A stretch of DNA of 64,000 bases from Lama guanicoe (GCA_013239625.1 MU054220.1:4155374-4219373), one strand, 5' to 3'; shown: positions 47,351-61,600, counted from the first letter of the stretch. Made by a program: numbers and translations. The notes: generated by a model from the letters alone, not told the origin.

Positions 47351-49743
47351 ATGGGTGACACCCTCACCTTCATTCAAGTTGCTTCTTCCTCACCCAGTAC
47401 AGAATTGTCGGGTAGCATGGGAGCAGCAAATGCCAGTGTTGCCTGGAAGCTAGTCTCCCTAAAGAGCTGGCTCAGTGGTGGGAGAGAAGCCTCCAGTGTG
47501 TCTAGAGAGGTGTCTTGGGTGCTGGAGACGCTCCAGCCTGATCCGACCGCCCACCCCTAGCACATTCTGTCGATTTAGCACAGACGCTCTTCTCTACCTC
47601 ATCCCACCCCAGCAACACAAGGAAGAGAAGGAGCAATGGAAAGGGAGTTGAGGCTCGGTGGAGAGGAAGAGAGACGGCAAAGAGGAGTCTCAGAGCGTTC
47701 AAAGGCTGGCGAGTGGGGTGGTAATGCAGCGCAGTGAGCTGTTTCGGATTCTGGCTCCCGAGGCAGTTAGAAGGGTCACAGCGGCACATGAGGAGAAGAG
47801 GGTTACTGGGAGACACTGGCGGGACTGAGGGGAGCTGAAAGAGGCGCCATCACCTGCCAAGTACCTGTCTTTCCCCAAGGACCATGCTTCGTGTACTTGG
47901 GACCCCCCGGTCGGGGCTGCTGGGTAGGGGCGTTGGAGAAAGAGGGAGCCAGTGCGCATTCCATCAGACTCTTAAAGTAGATTGTTTTAGAGAGGATTCT
48001 CCTTCCAAACTGGGAGACCGGAAGCCTGGGAGTCTGCCCCAAACACTTCGCAGATGGACCGCCAGCGAGCAGTTCGGGGCAAAGCAACTTTTCCTCCACG
48101 CACTCCGAGGGTGGTGGCCGAGAAGATTGAGAGGCTGGGGAAGGGTTGGGCCAGGACGTCAAGGTCCAGCTTGGCACACGTGCTGGACTGGGCACACTGT
48201 CCAGGTGAGATGGCGGTGGGTCTCCACCATGATGTTATCTACTCCGGGCACTTGGGAAAGTCCCTCTCCCTCCCCTTCCAGGTCCAAATTTTAGTTCTAC
48301 GCAATGTTGGAGTTTGGGCGATTTCCAAAGGCCCTCTAGGGGTTTCTGTGCCAGTACCAGTTTGGACCCCCTTCACCCTGTTTCCCTGCCCTCCTTACCT
48401 TTACATACTTTTTTTTTTTTGACCAGGAGAAATTGGGATAGAATGTGCCAGAAAAGGCTTTCCTAGAAGGAAAGGGGTCCAGAGGGTTCGCTGGGGTTTG
48501 TGTTAAGGGGCACAGGCGTGAAGTAGGCAGCAGTCCCAGGACAAGTGGGCAAGAGGTCCTGGAGGACTGCAGTTAAATGCAGGTTCTAGATTCTGGGCTG
48601 GAGGAGACAGCAACGGGAAGTCTTTGTGCTCACAAATGACTAGGCTTAAGCTGGGACTTAGGGGTTCCCCCCACCACCTAGCTTCTGTCCCTGTCTTCAA
48701 CCATCTTCCCTATCTCCGCATTTACTGAGCACCTACCATGTGCCCTACCTTTTCCTAGCGTCTGCTTGCTGTCCTATACCTTCTGCCATTCCCAGTGTAT
48801 ATGTTCTCAGGCATATGAAATGCTTACTGCCGGGAAGGATGAATGAAGAATTGGTGTCTTATTTGGAGTGTTGCTGGGGCATGGTTAAGCGCACCTGTGA
48901 CCATATCCCAGGACTTCAGTTGATACGAGCTGAGGTCTGGGGGTTTCTGTGAGTACGTGCCCAGCGTGATCGCCGGGTGGCATGTGCACCACCCATACTC
49001 ATCGGTCTGCGTCCTGCTCTCCCAGTGTGTTTCAGGGGACCGTGCGTCCCAGTTTGTGTGCACTCCTTTGTGAGAGACGTGCGTTCCCCAGAGTTTGTGA
49101 TAGTGCACCCAGTGTACGCGAGCCGCGTGCGTGCAAGGGCGAGCACCTGTGCGCGATCCTGGACGCCCATCAGGGACCACGCACATTATAGGGTCTGCCC
49201 CCAGAGCCTGTGCGTTATGGCTCATGGGCTTCCTTGAAGCTGAATGCAGCTCTCTAGAGATGTTGAGGCACCAAGTGGCAGGCAGAGTACCCCTGTGGCC
49301 GGTTGGTGGGGAGAGGGTGGCAGAAGCCGCAAGCCTCAGTGTCTTCCTGGGGCACTCAAAGAGTCCACACAGCCCACCTACACAGCAGCGGGGCCTCCTC
49401 CTACCCCAGCTTTTGAGTGTGTCCTCAGTCCTGTGTGGCTTTGCTGTGAAAGAGACCATCCTCAGCACCATCTTTATGCACATTGCAGGTCCCATTTAGC
49501 AGATGAGCAAACTGAGACCTAAAGAGAACTGGAGGCCCCACAGACAGGTTAGTGGGAAGGGGGAACCACTGCTTCAGTGAGGAGGAAGAAGGAGCCAGAG
49601 AATGCCTGCCCCTACTCACTCTGTCTCCCTTCGCTGTAACACATCCAGTAAGTCACACACTCCCTGTGTATCAAACAAGGTAGATACTTGTAGTCTACCT
49701 CTCCATCAGAAATAAGGTGGACTCCATCATTAGCTCCTGGGGG

Positions 49744-49757
49744 GTTGCCAGGGCAAC
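49744..49757. promoter_or_regulatory. RFX X-box palindrome
   Basis: GTTGCC-AG-GGCAAC, perfect inverted half-sites. Confidence 0.5.
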
Positions 49758-52700
49758 AGAGGAGCATTCAATGGGATTGCAGGAGCTCATCCAGAATGTG
49801 ACCCAGCCAGGTAGGGACTCCTGCTCTCTGCCGGACTCCCTCAGCTCTGGATTTCTTTCCTAAGTACGTGGAAACCATGCAGACGTGAGCCTGAGGGTGT
49901 AAGCTGAGGCCACATGACTGACTTTCTCCGAGAAGGCTGACCATCTGCCAGGCTTGGGACATCAGTTGGGTCCAGAAGCCTGGTACTCCCCCAACACATG
50001 ATGGCTCATGGTGTCAGGGTGGGTGTCCCGCCCAGTGTTAGAAAAGTCTGCTGGCCCCATTGCCCTGTTTCGCAGAGAAGGGGACTAAAATGCCTAATTC
50101 CACTTACTCACCAAACTTTGCCTGTCCCTGTGCCAGGCCTTGTGGAGGATTCTGCGAAGCCCTGGATGCAGCTCCTGCCTTCAGGTCCAGAGAGGGAGAC
50201 AGTCTCTTAACTTGGTTGGTTGCAGTTCACAGAGTGATGCTGGAAAGAGGAAGCCCCAACTCAGGCTGGGCAGGGAAGGGTGACTGGGCTCACCCCGGGG
50301 TGTGTGGTGGCAGGAAAGGCTGTCCACAGGGTTTGGAACTCATTAGAAGCCCCCTTTCCCCACTCCCAGGTGGATGTAACCTCACCCAGCAAGGGGAGGG
50401 TTCAGAGAAGTCTGGGGAAGTTGCGAGTGGCCACAGACCAGCTGGATCTTCTCTGGGAGCTGAAAAGCCCACGGCTTCTTTTTGTCTTTCTCCTTTTCCT
50501 CCTCGGTGCCTTCTCTGGAGGTCAAGAAATCTGGATTCAAGTATTGGCTTTTCCATGGAAATAGCCATGTGCTTTGGGAACAGTCCTTACCTCTCTGGTT
50601 CCACTCAGTTTCTTCATTTGCAAAACAGAGTTGTTTGGGCCTGTCCCATCTATATGGTAAGGGGTGTGAGGATGCAGAGATGGGTATGCCTGCAGGTATA
50701 TCCTGCAAGGTCAAGTTCTCCACCTGGGAGGACTTAGGGCCCTGCCCCTTCATGTCACCTTGGTGGGTTCTAAGGTATTTTGATGATGGTAGCAGTGGAG
50801 GCAGGGAAGGTGGGAAGGGGGGTCTGATCAGGTTTCAGAGTGGGAATGGCAACTTTGGAGCTTTCCTGGATTTGTGGGCCTCCCTGATGTCCAGGAGTCT
50901 CCCTGGCCCTGTCTGCAGCCCCACCACTCAGCTACATGTGTTCACATCTGGCTCACAGCGCAGCACTGAGCTGGGACAGCTCCACGGCCCTCACTTCAAG
51001 GAGGGAACCCACTGATGGGCAGAAAAGACAAGGATGCCCACAGTTCTACCGCACAGATCCCCTTTCAGGTTCTCAGTGTCCCATCTGTGAAACCCCTGAA
51101 TGGGGCTCATTGATTTCTGAGGCCCTGGGGTTCTATGCTACGCCAGGCCTGGGATCAAGGCACCAAGAGAGGCGTATGGGTCCTCCAGGACCCTGAAGAG
51201 GACTCTGAGCCCCACCACTCTGCCCGATGCGTTGTACTGAGAGAGGCAGAAGGTTGGTCCAGCCTGCCAAAGGGGAAGAATCTGGTGTGCCTTGCCTAGC
51301 TCCTTGCCTCAGTTTTCCCATCTGCAGGACAGGGTCAGTGATGAAGTGAGGCTGGTGGGATGTGAGACAAAAGGAAGTTAGAACTGACAAGGCCAAACCT
51401 CTGCTGCTAACGACACCGTGTGACAGCCCACGCTTCCTGGGGACTCCTGCCTGTGCCAATGTGCTTCCTATGTGTGATTTCACTGAATCCTAATCACAGG
51501 TGAAAACAGACTCACAGAAGATGAGTAAGTTGCCCAAGGTGGCCACGGGCTCTGAGAACCTAGAAGACACCCTTCAGTAGGATGATCCCAGTTAGACGTG
51601 AGGTCACCCTCATCCTGTCCCAGATGATATGGGACTGAAAGACTGGGCTTTACAAATTCGGCCCCCAAAGAGCTCTTCCCATCTTCCCATCTAGGGTGGC
51701 AGTGGAGGGGGGAGGTCAAGGGTGGGCCTGGTGCCTGGCAGGTCGGAATCTAGACCTGACCCCGTGACCTTGGGCACAGTTTCTCCCCTGTCCAAGTGTC
51801 CTGCTGCACTGCGGTGAGAACACGGGGCCAGGCAGAATGTCGGGAGCTCATAACTGCCATGAGGGATGCCTCGGTGATTTCCCAGAGGCTCCAGGAACAT
51901 GCCAGAACCTCTGCTCAGGGCAGGGTGGAGCTAGGACCATGTGTAGGACCAAACAATGGGGAAATACCTTCCTCCTAGGGAGAATGGGAGATCGAAAGAG
52001 GCTTTTGTCTGTTTCGTTTCAAACTGTTTTCCCAGAGCCTGGAGCCAGGCTTGGTATACATGGAAGGTGCTCAGTGAATATTTGAGAAGGAAGGAGGGAG
52101 GGAGGGAGGGAGGAAGAAATCAGGATGTGAACATGCTAGGAACCCTAAAAATCTGTCCTCTCTTCCTTCCACCTTCTTTTGAAGCCAGGCCTGGGTGAGA
52201 ACCTGACTTCTATTTCTCTTGTATCCTGGTGGAAAATTATTTATTTTCTGGGGGGATCCCTTGGATGTGAGAGCAGGAGGTCTTGGGTAGCCCCTTTCTG
52301 CACAAGCCTGGAGTCCTCTCAGACTCTGACAGCTGGAGGAGCAGCCTTTTCCCCACTGTTCCCCCTTTGCTGTCACCTCAGAGGCCCTGGCTAGGGTCCA
52401 GAAGCTGCATCCCTCAGGCTGGCTCTAGTCAGATGTGCACCCCCCAACTTCTCTCCTCAGGTCTCCCCCCTTCCCTGTAGTGAGTTCTGGGTCCCTCCTG
52501 CCTGCAGCCCCACCCTCCCCTCCCCTGTTCTGGCTCCCTTGTTCTGCCTGCCCTCTACCCAGCAGGACCACCTGAGGGCTACTGATATACCTCCCTGGGT
52601 ACCCCATCTATTCAGCCCTGCCCACCCTGGGATTCTGAGATTCCACCCATCAAGGGATGCAGCACTCTGTTCTGGCCAGGATGCCATCCCAAGCTCACCA

Positions 52701-53422
52701 CCCAGACAAAAACATCTAGACCTGAGCCAGGGATGGAGTCAGCACTCAGAGGATAGTGGCCACAATTCAGTGAGTCAGGCACTGGAGCAGGGCAGGTGGA
52801 CAGAGAGATGGAGGAAACTCTGATGGGAGGGATTCCCCCTCCCTCTTTAGAGAGAGAATTGGGGGAAAAATTTTTGAGAAGTGCCCTGCCAAAGGCTTCT
52901 CCTCCCATCCAACAAATCCTGCAAGGTTGTGCCCCTGTGTCATCAGGTGTGGAGTACTTGGCAGCGAATGAGTTGATTCCTGCCCACAGGGAGCTGAATG
53001 TGCAGACATGGAGTCCACAGGAAAAGTGCAAATGGACTGGGACTTAGTGGGTACGGGCATTTGAAGTGGGTTCAGGGGTTGAATAGGAGCTCACCAACTG
53101 AAAGAGCTGGGAACAGCACTCTAGACTCAGCAGATAGCACTTGGATCACGAAAGTACAGGGAGTGTTTGAGAAAGAACAAGTGTGAGGCGTGCAGGGGGC
53201 ATGATGGATGCGGCTAAGAATGGGCCCGAGGAATGGCAGGGGCAAAGCCAAGAGGGCCATTCACTTTCTGGTGAGGGCTTGAGACTTCAGGGAAGCCCCT
53301 GCAGGCCTCTGAGAAGTACAGTAAGAGGCTAAGATCCCAAGTCGAATGCTCTTTGTGCAGTATGGCCTGCACTTAATATGGCCTCTTTCAAAATTCAAAA
53401 TCATTATTTTAATTAGGGATAA

Positions 53423-54300
53423 TTTTTATTGTGGTAAAATATACACAATATGAAATTTACCATTTTAAGGATTTTAAGTGAACATTTCAGTGACATTAAG
53501 CATGTTCATAGTGTTGCGTAACCATCACCGCTAACTATTTCCAGAACTTTTCCTTCATCCCAAATGAGCCCATTAAGCAGTAACTCCACATCTCCCTCTC
53601 CCTCCAGTCCATGGAAACTTGTTCTATTTTCTGTCTCTGAATTTTCCTCCTCCAGACACTTCGCAGAGGTTAAATTATACAATATTTGTCCTTTTGTTTC
53701 TGGCCATTTGTATATCCTATTGGCCATTTGTCTGTCTTCTTTGGAGAAATATCTATTCTAGTCATTTGCCTATTTTTGAATCGAGTTGTCTGTTTTGTTG
53801 TTGAGTTGTAGGAGTTCTTTATGTACATATTATGTTAATCCCTTATGTGTTATATGATTCGCAAATATTTTCTCCATTTTGTGAGTTGTCTTTTCACTTT
53901 CTCTATAGTATCCTTCTGATGCACAAAAGCTTTTAATTTTGATGAAATCTAATTTATTAATTTTTGTTTGTTGTTGCCTGTGCTTTTGTTGTCATATCAA
54001 AGAAATCATCACTAACTCCAACACCAGGAAGAATTTCCCCTGTGTTTTCTTCTAAGAGTTTTGTAATTTTAGCTCTTAAGTTTAGGTCTTTGATCCATAT
54101 TGAGTTAATTTTTATAGATGATGTAAGATATGGGTCCAAATTTATTCTTTTGCATGTGGATATCCAGTTTTCCCAGTATCATTTGTTGAAAAGACTGTCC
54201 TTTCTCCATTGAATGGTCATGGCACATTTGTCAAAAATCATTTGGCCGTATATTTGAGAGCTGATTTCTAGGCTCTCTATTCTGTACCATTGGTCTGTCT
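53423..54300 (-). mobile_element. L1MB-type LINE-1 fragment: 3'UTR plus degraded ORF2 C-terminal part
   Basis: TTTTTATTGTGGTAAAATATACAC... 3' end; minus-strand peptides DPYLTSSIKINSIWIKDLNLRAKITKLLEENTG and DQWYRIESLEI...YGQMIFDK...QWRKDSLFNK are L1 ORF2p remnants, broken by stops and deletions. Confidence 0.92.
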
Positions 54301-55169
54301 CCAGCATGACCTTCTGAGGCGAAGGTCCAAAATTCCAGAATATGGGGAATCTCGTTAGGTCAATCTGTTCATCTCCTCGCTTCTGGGCCAGTGACTGACA
54401 AGCCAGAGATTCAGCCCTGGGACACATTAGTTTTCCAGGAACCAGAACTGCTGAGAAGGGGTGGAGGGCAGAGACAGTGGCAAGGGTACCAGAGGCATGA
54501 CCTTGGCCTCTGACTAGGCCCCTGGCTGTTTGGGAGCCCCCATGTCCTTTAGCTGACCTTCCTGTGAGGACATGGCCTTGGGAGAAATTCTCATGTGCTC
54601 TTAGGGTCCATGCACCGCCTCCCGAGAGGACCAAACCCAAGGCTACTCCCTTTGGTAAGATGATGATCCCAGAGCCCTTTCCCCGCGGCGCTGGGCGAAG
54701 CTAGAGGAGGGAAGCCCCTGTCCACCCCTCACTCGCTCTGTGTTGTTGGCCCTGCGAGGATCTTGAAGATTTTCTATTTGATTTTCACAAGAGGCATTTG
54801 CTGCTCCCTGTCCTCCACCCTGGCCATCCTAAGTGCTGCTGTCCAGTGAGCAGCTTGGCCAGGGACTAGATAGGATTCTGCACCCCTGGTAGGTAACTAG
54901 AGGGTCGGGGGCTGTGGAGAGGCGGCTGTTGCTGCCGGTGGAGCAGTGGGAGCCCCAAAGGGGGCTCTCTTGTGAGGACAGTGCTTCCTACCCTGGAAGC
55001 TCCCAGCCCAATTGATTAAACAGAGGTCCATTTCCCCAGTGAGTGCCCAAAGGCACAGAACAGGCACACTTTCTAATCTTCTTCGAATTTTTAGAAACTG
55101 TTCATCCTACAATTGGGTTTGCCTGAAGCTTCAGATGCCTTTGGTTTGGTGAGGCCAGTGTAGCCAGGA

Positions 55170-55378
55170 CCTGGGAACAGATTTCAGCCTGTACAGCTAA
55201 GTGACCTTGGGCAAATTAATTGACCTCTTTGCCTCTGTTTCCTAATTTGTCAAATGCGTATATGAATAATATCTACCTCTTAGGAATATGGTGAGGTTTA
55301 ACTAAGGTAATACAGATAAAGGGCTTGAAACAGCTCCTGGAACAGAGTAAGTGCTCAATAAATGTTAGCTGTTATTAT
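55170..55378 (+). mobile_element. MIR SINE
   Basis: GTGACCTTGGGCAAATTAATTGACCTCT...GAGTAAGTGCTCAATAAATGTTAGCTGTTATTATT. Confidence 0.8.
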
Positions 55379-57204
55379 TGGTAAGATTTTCCTGGAGCTC
55401 GAGTATATAAAGCTGGAAACTTTAATAAACAATTACAGTTGAATGCATAAAATTGGAAAATGAACAAATTATTACTTAATGTACACTGTGTGGTTGACAA
55501 AACCTTTTCAAATACAGATGAGTGTTGAAAGGGGTGCAGGCTGGCTGTCTGCCCAGCAGGGGGTCTGGGGGGATGAAGGATGGGAGAAGGCACCCCCGGG
55601 CCCCTCGGAACCCACAGGCCACATCTTCCCAGGCCACTGCATTTCATACTTAGGCATCACCAGCTGGAGCATAACTTTCTCCTTTTCCTAAGGAATGTGT
55701 GTTCTCTGTGTTCATTTGGCCCCAAACTTCAGACCAGGAGGTCCTCAAGTGTGAGGCTAGGGTTGTGTTCATCTCTGCCAGGGCACAGAGGATGTCCAGC
55801 TTGGGGAATGTCAGGGAGATTCTGCACCCACTGTGGGCCCCCACTTGTCCTTCTGCCATTAAGGGAACATCTGATAAATGGCACCCATGGGCCAAGCCTC
55901 AACTGGGGTCCTTCACTCAAACCTCTCAAGGTATTAGTTGCCCCAATTTTACAGTTAAAGAAGGTAAGACTCCCAGGGAGCCAGGAACTTGCTGAAGTGT
56001 CCCTGCTGTGAATTGAGCCCAGATCTCCTACAGCCATGGGCTTTTCCCTCTCCACTCCTCTGCCCCTGGGGCTAACGCCACTGCCTTGGTGGCCTCACGC
56101 CTGTGCTCATCCCACCGGACACGAGCAAGCATGTAAAGAAGCTCTGTCAGCATTGAGTGAGGAGCACGCCATCTTCTCCTCGCCCCCTGGCATGATGACC
56201 ACAGATCCTAACTGCCCAGTCCCATCACCCCCTTCCTTCCAGAGCCATCCTCAGGACCAGTCAGCCCCAGGCCCCACGTGCCAGGGCAGCACCCACGAGT
56301 GAGGAAGGAGGAGCCAACCAAACCCCTTCCCTAATCTCGCGATAACTGACCACTAGGGGAAGGGCCTCCTCAGCATCAGCTTCTGCACCAGAGATGCGGT
56401 ATCGACTTGGAGAAACATTGCCTGAGCTCAGGCAGCTGCACAGTGAGGGCCTGGCTTTCTCTGGGAAGACACGCGCCCGTCCCTTGCTTTACCTAATGAG
56501 CCGCACAGGACTCAGCCCCTCGGAGAAGATTCCTCGGAAGACGTTTTTGTGCTCCACCAAGTACATTCTCACTGTTCCACGGGGTGGTTCATTTCCCTGA
56601 GATGTTCGGACAGGCTGAAAAGAGATGTACTCACCAACTGCCACCGTGGTTTTCTTGGTAGAAGCTACACACCATGCACTTTAAAGCAGAGACTTGTCTG
56701 AAGCTTTTTCTCAGCCCAGATGAGCAGAAGTCAGTGAAAGAATCACTTTTAACCAATATGTTAATTGTAAATATTGAAATATTGAATATTGTTTATTCTT
56801 ACTACATGTGATGGGCAAAAACAGTTGGAACCCACCTAGTCCGAATCCCAGCCATTTAGATGGAAACTCTAACAGCTTAGATATAATTATGTTCTAGAAA
56901 TTTTGAACTTTTAACTATCTTACGGTTATAAAGGTGGAAATTTTTAAAGCCAAGATTGAATAATCTTATCCATCCTTATCAACCTCAGAAAATTGTAACT
57001 GTCTGCCTCACAATTAATTCAGCAATGATTTTTTTCCTCTCTTGTTCAAGGGGAGAAAAATCTTCTTGCTTTTTTAGCTGATAGATGATTCTTTAGGTTA
57101 GAATGAACACATTTGGAGGAAGAAAATACTTGATTCTGGTGGGGAAAAAAAAATCTCTCTAGGCTGACATAGTCCACTGCAGGGTGAGACAGTTACTCAA
57201 CAAG

Positions 57205-57400
57205 ATTCATTTAATTCAACAGGTATATACTGGGTGCCAGACGTGGGTAACAGAGCTTAATAAGACCTGTTCCCTGCCCATGGTGAGGGTACTGTCTGAT
57301 GGGGGAGGCTGCCATGCATCTACCCTTGCAATGCTTTGTGAAAAGCGATGTAATTATTAAGGGCCATTAACGGGGTTCAGAGGAAGGCACGCCAGTAAAT
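57205..57400 (-). mobile_element. L2 fragment
   Basis: TTCATTTAATTCAACAGGTATATACTGGGTGCC...AATAAGACCTGTTCCCTGCCC. Confidence 0.6.
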
Positions 57401-59559
57401 CTACAGAAAAGAGGGGGCAATAAGAGACTCGGGCCTGGAAGAATGACCTGGGGTTTGCAGGGCAGGAAGGGCCCCGACGTGGCCCCGAATCACCAAGGTT
57501 AGTTTCTACATGACAGCAGCCGAGGCGGCACAAGGTACATTTCTGGAACGGCCTCTCTTGACACTCCCCACCCCCAGATACTTTTTGGGTGGTGTGATGG
57601 GTGGAAGGCAGTGGATGCTCCCACCAGTAAAATTCTTCTGGAGCCATTAAATATTGGCATCTCTACATAGGAGAATTGTCCAGATGTCACCAAGAGTGTA
57701 AGTAGGAGCAAGGTTTTTTACAAGTAACTTACAACAGTTTGCAAGCCACACTGTCTTCAAGGCAGTGATTAAAATGACAATTCTTATTTCACATTGCAAC
57801 TAACCTAGGTTAAAATGTATTTATAGAAGGGTCTTCCTTTAACATAAACTAGAAGCTTTAAATACACACACACACACACACATACAAATGATAAATGAAA
57901 AGGTTTCAAATTTTTCATTTCATTTACAGTCTTTGTTATATGTATGTCAGATGGGCCCTGGTTGGAAGGGGACCCGGGGGGCTACTTGGGACAGAGATTT
58001 GTGGAATCGCTCTGGGCAGCTGGAGCTGGGGAAACTTGAGCTGAAGAGATAGCACCTGGGGCAGGAAGAGAGTCAGGGGGAGGATGAGACACTGCAGCTT
58101 GAGTGACTTTGCTTTGCACTTACAGCTGCTCCAGCCTTACTTGCCTCCAAATAACTGTATCAATATATCCTGGAGGATGTGCAGTCTTGAACTAAGCTTC
58201 ACTCAGACCTCACAGATATTCTGGGTTGTGAATATCATCAGCCTTACTTTACAGATAAGGAAACTAAGATACTCAGAGGCCAAGTCACTTTGCCAAGGAG
58301 ACCCTTCAGTGCAGAACCACGAATGGCTCAGAAGCTTCCTTGATCATCTCCTTTAGAAATCTGCCCATTTTGTTGACAGGGAAAACTGACATTTCCTCAT
58401 CGCATGCAAAGGGCTAGTTACACACAGCTTCAGAAGACCCCCTCCAACCAGATTGCTGCCTCTCCTATGTAGAGATCTGGAGTTGCCCTGGAAATTCTGC
58501 CCCTACCCCCCCCCAACCCCTGCCAAGGCTGGCCTAGATGCCCCCTGCTCTGTCCGCTCCCTCCAGCGTGATCGATGCCTCCCTCCCTTGAGAAGGTGGG
58601 CTTTTGGAAGGAAGGGGCCAGGCTTTATTGGACTTCCTTTTCCACCACCTGGAACTTTGTCCAGCACAGAACTGGTGCTCCCCAAATGTGGCAGAATGAA
58701 TGAACGTAGCAAATCAGTGGTAGAACCAGGAGTCCAACCCAAGCCTGTCCCACTCCGAAGACTTCCCATTCACTTAGCTCACCTAGTGCAGGATTTAAGC
58801 TTCTCCATCTTGCCTCCCTGGGATCCAGTGGTGCTAGGACAGTGTCTCCATGGGGATGGCTGGGATGCAGGTTTCCTCCTCGTTAGGGAGGAAAAGCGGA
58901 GGCTCTGAGGGATTAGGGGGGAAATGTTTAGGGAGATGCCCAAGGCCACACAGTTTGGTGAAGGCTGAGAGAGACAAGGGGCAGACAGACCAATGAGCTG
59001 ATTTGAAATTGGGAGACACAGTCCTTCCATGACAGATGGTGTGATGGCTCGGGGTCTCCATCTCCTGCCTGGAAGGTGAGGGGTGGCCCAGGGTGGCCCC
59101 TGAGCTCTGGGGCTTATTTTGGCGGTAAAGGGAGCGTGTAGGAGGCTTTTTCTACTTCTCTGGCAGTGGTCCCAGCCTGGCCCAGCTCCCCTTCCCCTGC
59201 GAGGTACCAGGGTCTTCTCCCGCCTCATGAGGCAGCGCTTGGGTACGAGACCCAGGCTGGGCTGGGAAGGTGGGAGCTGGGAGCTGGGAAACTTCAGTCT
59301 CTGTGAGGAGAGCAGTTCACAGAGGTGCTTAGTGGTCAGGACCCCACCCCACCCTGGTAAACATCAGGAGGTGATGTTCAACTGTTAGATCATAAATGCA
59401 GTTCTCACGGTGACCCTAAAGCTCAGGTTGGATTAGTCCTCTGAGATGGAAACTTTTCCTAGGGCTCAATTGTGTCTCCCAGTGACAAGACCAAGTCTGT
59501 CTGCACCCCCTCCAAGATTCCTGTCTGTGTAAGAGAGACCATATATGGCTGCCGTGAAA

Positions 59560-59790
59560 GGCCACAGACAGGACACTGGGCATCAGACCATCTGGGTTCA
59601 AATCCCAGTTCTGCCTCTCTGAGCTGTGTGATCTTGAGCAAGTGAAAGTTCTCTGGGCCTCAGTTTCTTCATCCATAAAATGGAGGTAAAAACACTGACC
59701 TCCTAGGAAGCTTGGGAGGGTCAAATGAGATGGCGGATGGGTCAGCACTGCTCAGACACAAGCAATTATGTGATTGTTTTTATTATTGTC
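59560..59790 (+). mobile_element. MIR SINE
   Basis: CTGGGTTCAAATCCCAGTTCTGCC...AGCTGTGTGATCTTGAGCAAG...CCTCAGTTTCTTCATCCATAAAATGG. Confidence 0.85.
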
Positions 59791-60263
59791 ACCAGCCCTG
59801 GGGGCAGGCCCCTAAGATTTCTCACTTAGTAATTGAGGACCAGCTCAGTTTGGAAGGTGGGGTATCTTGTTTTGCCATGAAGTGTAATATGCCTTGCCAA
59901 GACCTCTTACAGTTTTCAGTACTCAGTTCAAGGTCACTGAGGCCATCCCCTGACCTTTTCAACCTGAACCAACCACTGCCCCTTATGAACTCCACTGTGC
60001 CAGGGACCCAGGGCTCTTGCCATCTGGCCCTGTTACGTCTACCCCTTCCATGAGGCCATGGCTGGCTGAGAGGAGGCTCTGAGGAGGGGCCCGCTGAATG
60101 AACAAACAGATAAACCAAGGAATGAGAGCAGGGACAGATGCAAACCAAGTCACAGTGTTGGGGAGAGGACAAGAAAAAGAATTCAGGGCATAAGCTGAGG
60201 GAAGGAGGGGACCACGGGGGATGAAGGCAGGATGAAGGCCCTCAGGGACACTAGTTAGTGGAC

Positions 60264-60750
60264 TTTCTTTTCTTTTTTCCCAGTTTTTTCTATTGTGGTA
60301 AAATACACAAAACCATCAAATTTACCATCTTAACCATTTTTAAGTGTACAGTTCCATGGTATGAAATACACTCATAATGTTGTGCAACTGTCACCACCAT
60401 CCAACCTCGTAACTTTTTTCATCCTGGACAACTGAAACTCTGTCCTCATTAAACACTAACCCTGCACCCCTGGCCCCCAGCCCCCAGCCCCCAGCAACCT
60501 TTGTTCTGCTTTCTGCCTCTATAAACCTGACGACTCTAGGGCCCCCAAACAGTGTTCGCCTTTTTTGCAACTGGCTTATTTCACTCAACATAATGTCCTC
60601 AAGGTTCATCCGTGTTGTAACAGGTGTCGGAATTTCTATCCTGTTTGAGGCTGAACAATAATCCTCCACCGTATGGATGTACCAGTTTGCTTCTCTGTTC
60701 ATCTGCCGATGGACCCTTGGGTCGCCTCCACCTTCTAGGTATTGCCAGTG
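60264..60750 (-). mobile_element. L1MB-type 3'UTR fragment
   Basis: TATTGTGGTAAAATACAC...CCATTTTTAAGTGTACAGTTC...CTGGCTTATTTCACTCAACATAATGTCCTCAAGGTTCATCC. Confidence 0.85.
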
Positions 60751-61339
60751 AGCTTTCCTTTTAACCACTTCTCTTGGGATACAAGGAAACCCCACTCATT
60801 TAGACTAATTGTAGGAAAGCTGTAATTATCTTAGGCTCCAACAATACAACGTACTCTTAGTACTTTTAAGTCTCAAGCGTAGCTTGACCTCAGCAAACAA
60901 AATACTGCCTCCTACAGGCCTTACAAGAGCGGTTAGAATAACCAGCGCGGTCACCAGGTGCTTCTATGGATGGAAGCGAGGGTTGCCATAGTGCTGGGGA
61001 AGCCAGGCTCGTTTCTAAAGTTGGTCTCTACTTGTGATTTTGATTTCTGTGTGCAAGCTCATTTGCAGAGGCCGTGGGTGCTGATGAGAGGGGAGGCAGG
61101 GAGGTTGCTACATAAACTCCAATCTGGGTCCTGTTCAAACTATGACAAACGCCAGCTTAGAACTGGGATTCCTTGGATGAAGTGGTTTCTTCCCATTTGT
61201 TCACTACTTTTTTTTTTTAATTATTAAATTTCTTCAAAATTTTTTAGTTTAATTTTTTAAATTAAAAAATTATTTTATTTTATTTTATTTATAAAATTTT
61301 AAAAACAACTTTATTGCAGTAGGTACTTCTTTTTAAAAG

Positions 61340-61600
61340 CTTTTTATTTGGACGTGATTTTGGACATCAAGAAAAGTTAAGTGTAGAATACAAAGAATTC
61401 CCAGATCCTTTGACACTGATTCCCCAAATGTTAAAGTTTTATCGTATTTGCGTTATCACTCAGTCTCTCTTGTGTGCGCGCGCTCTCTCTCTGTTAATAT
61501 ATATGCATATACACAGATACATACTATCTCTTTCTGAACTCTTTACCAGTAAGTTGCAGACATATGCCTCTTTAGCTTTAAATACTTCGGTATTTAGCAG
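61340..61600 (-). mobile_element. L1MC/ME-like fragment preceded by an AT-rich tract
   Basis: TTTTTATTTGG...AGAATACAAAGAATTCCC...GATTCCCCAAATGTTAA...GTAAGTTGCAGACAT...TAAATACTTC. Confidence 0.6.

Noticed and set aside
48824..51015. Long ORFs of 177-225 aa in intron 1
   Set aside because: No recognisable domains, partial overlap with MIR fragments, and lengths plausible by chance in GC-rich DNA.
53957..54300. LINE-1 ORF2-like peptides as a coding gene
   Set aside because: Short fragments interrupted by stops within a dead L1MB copy.
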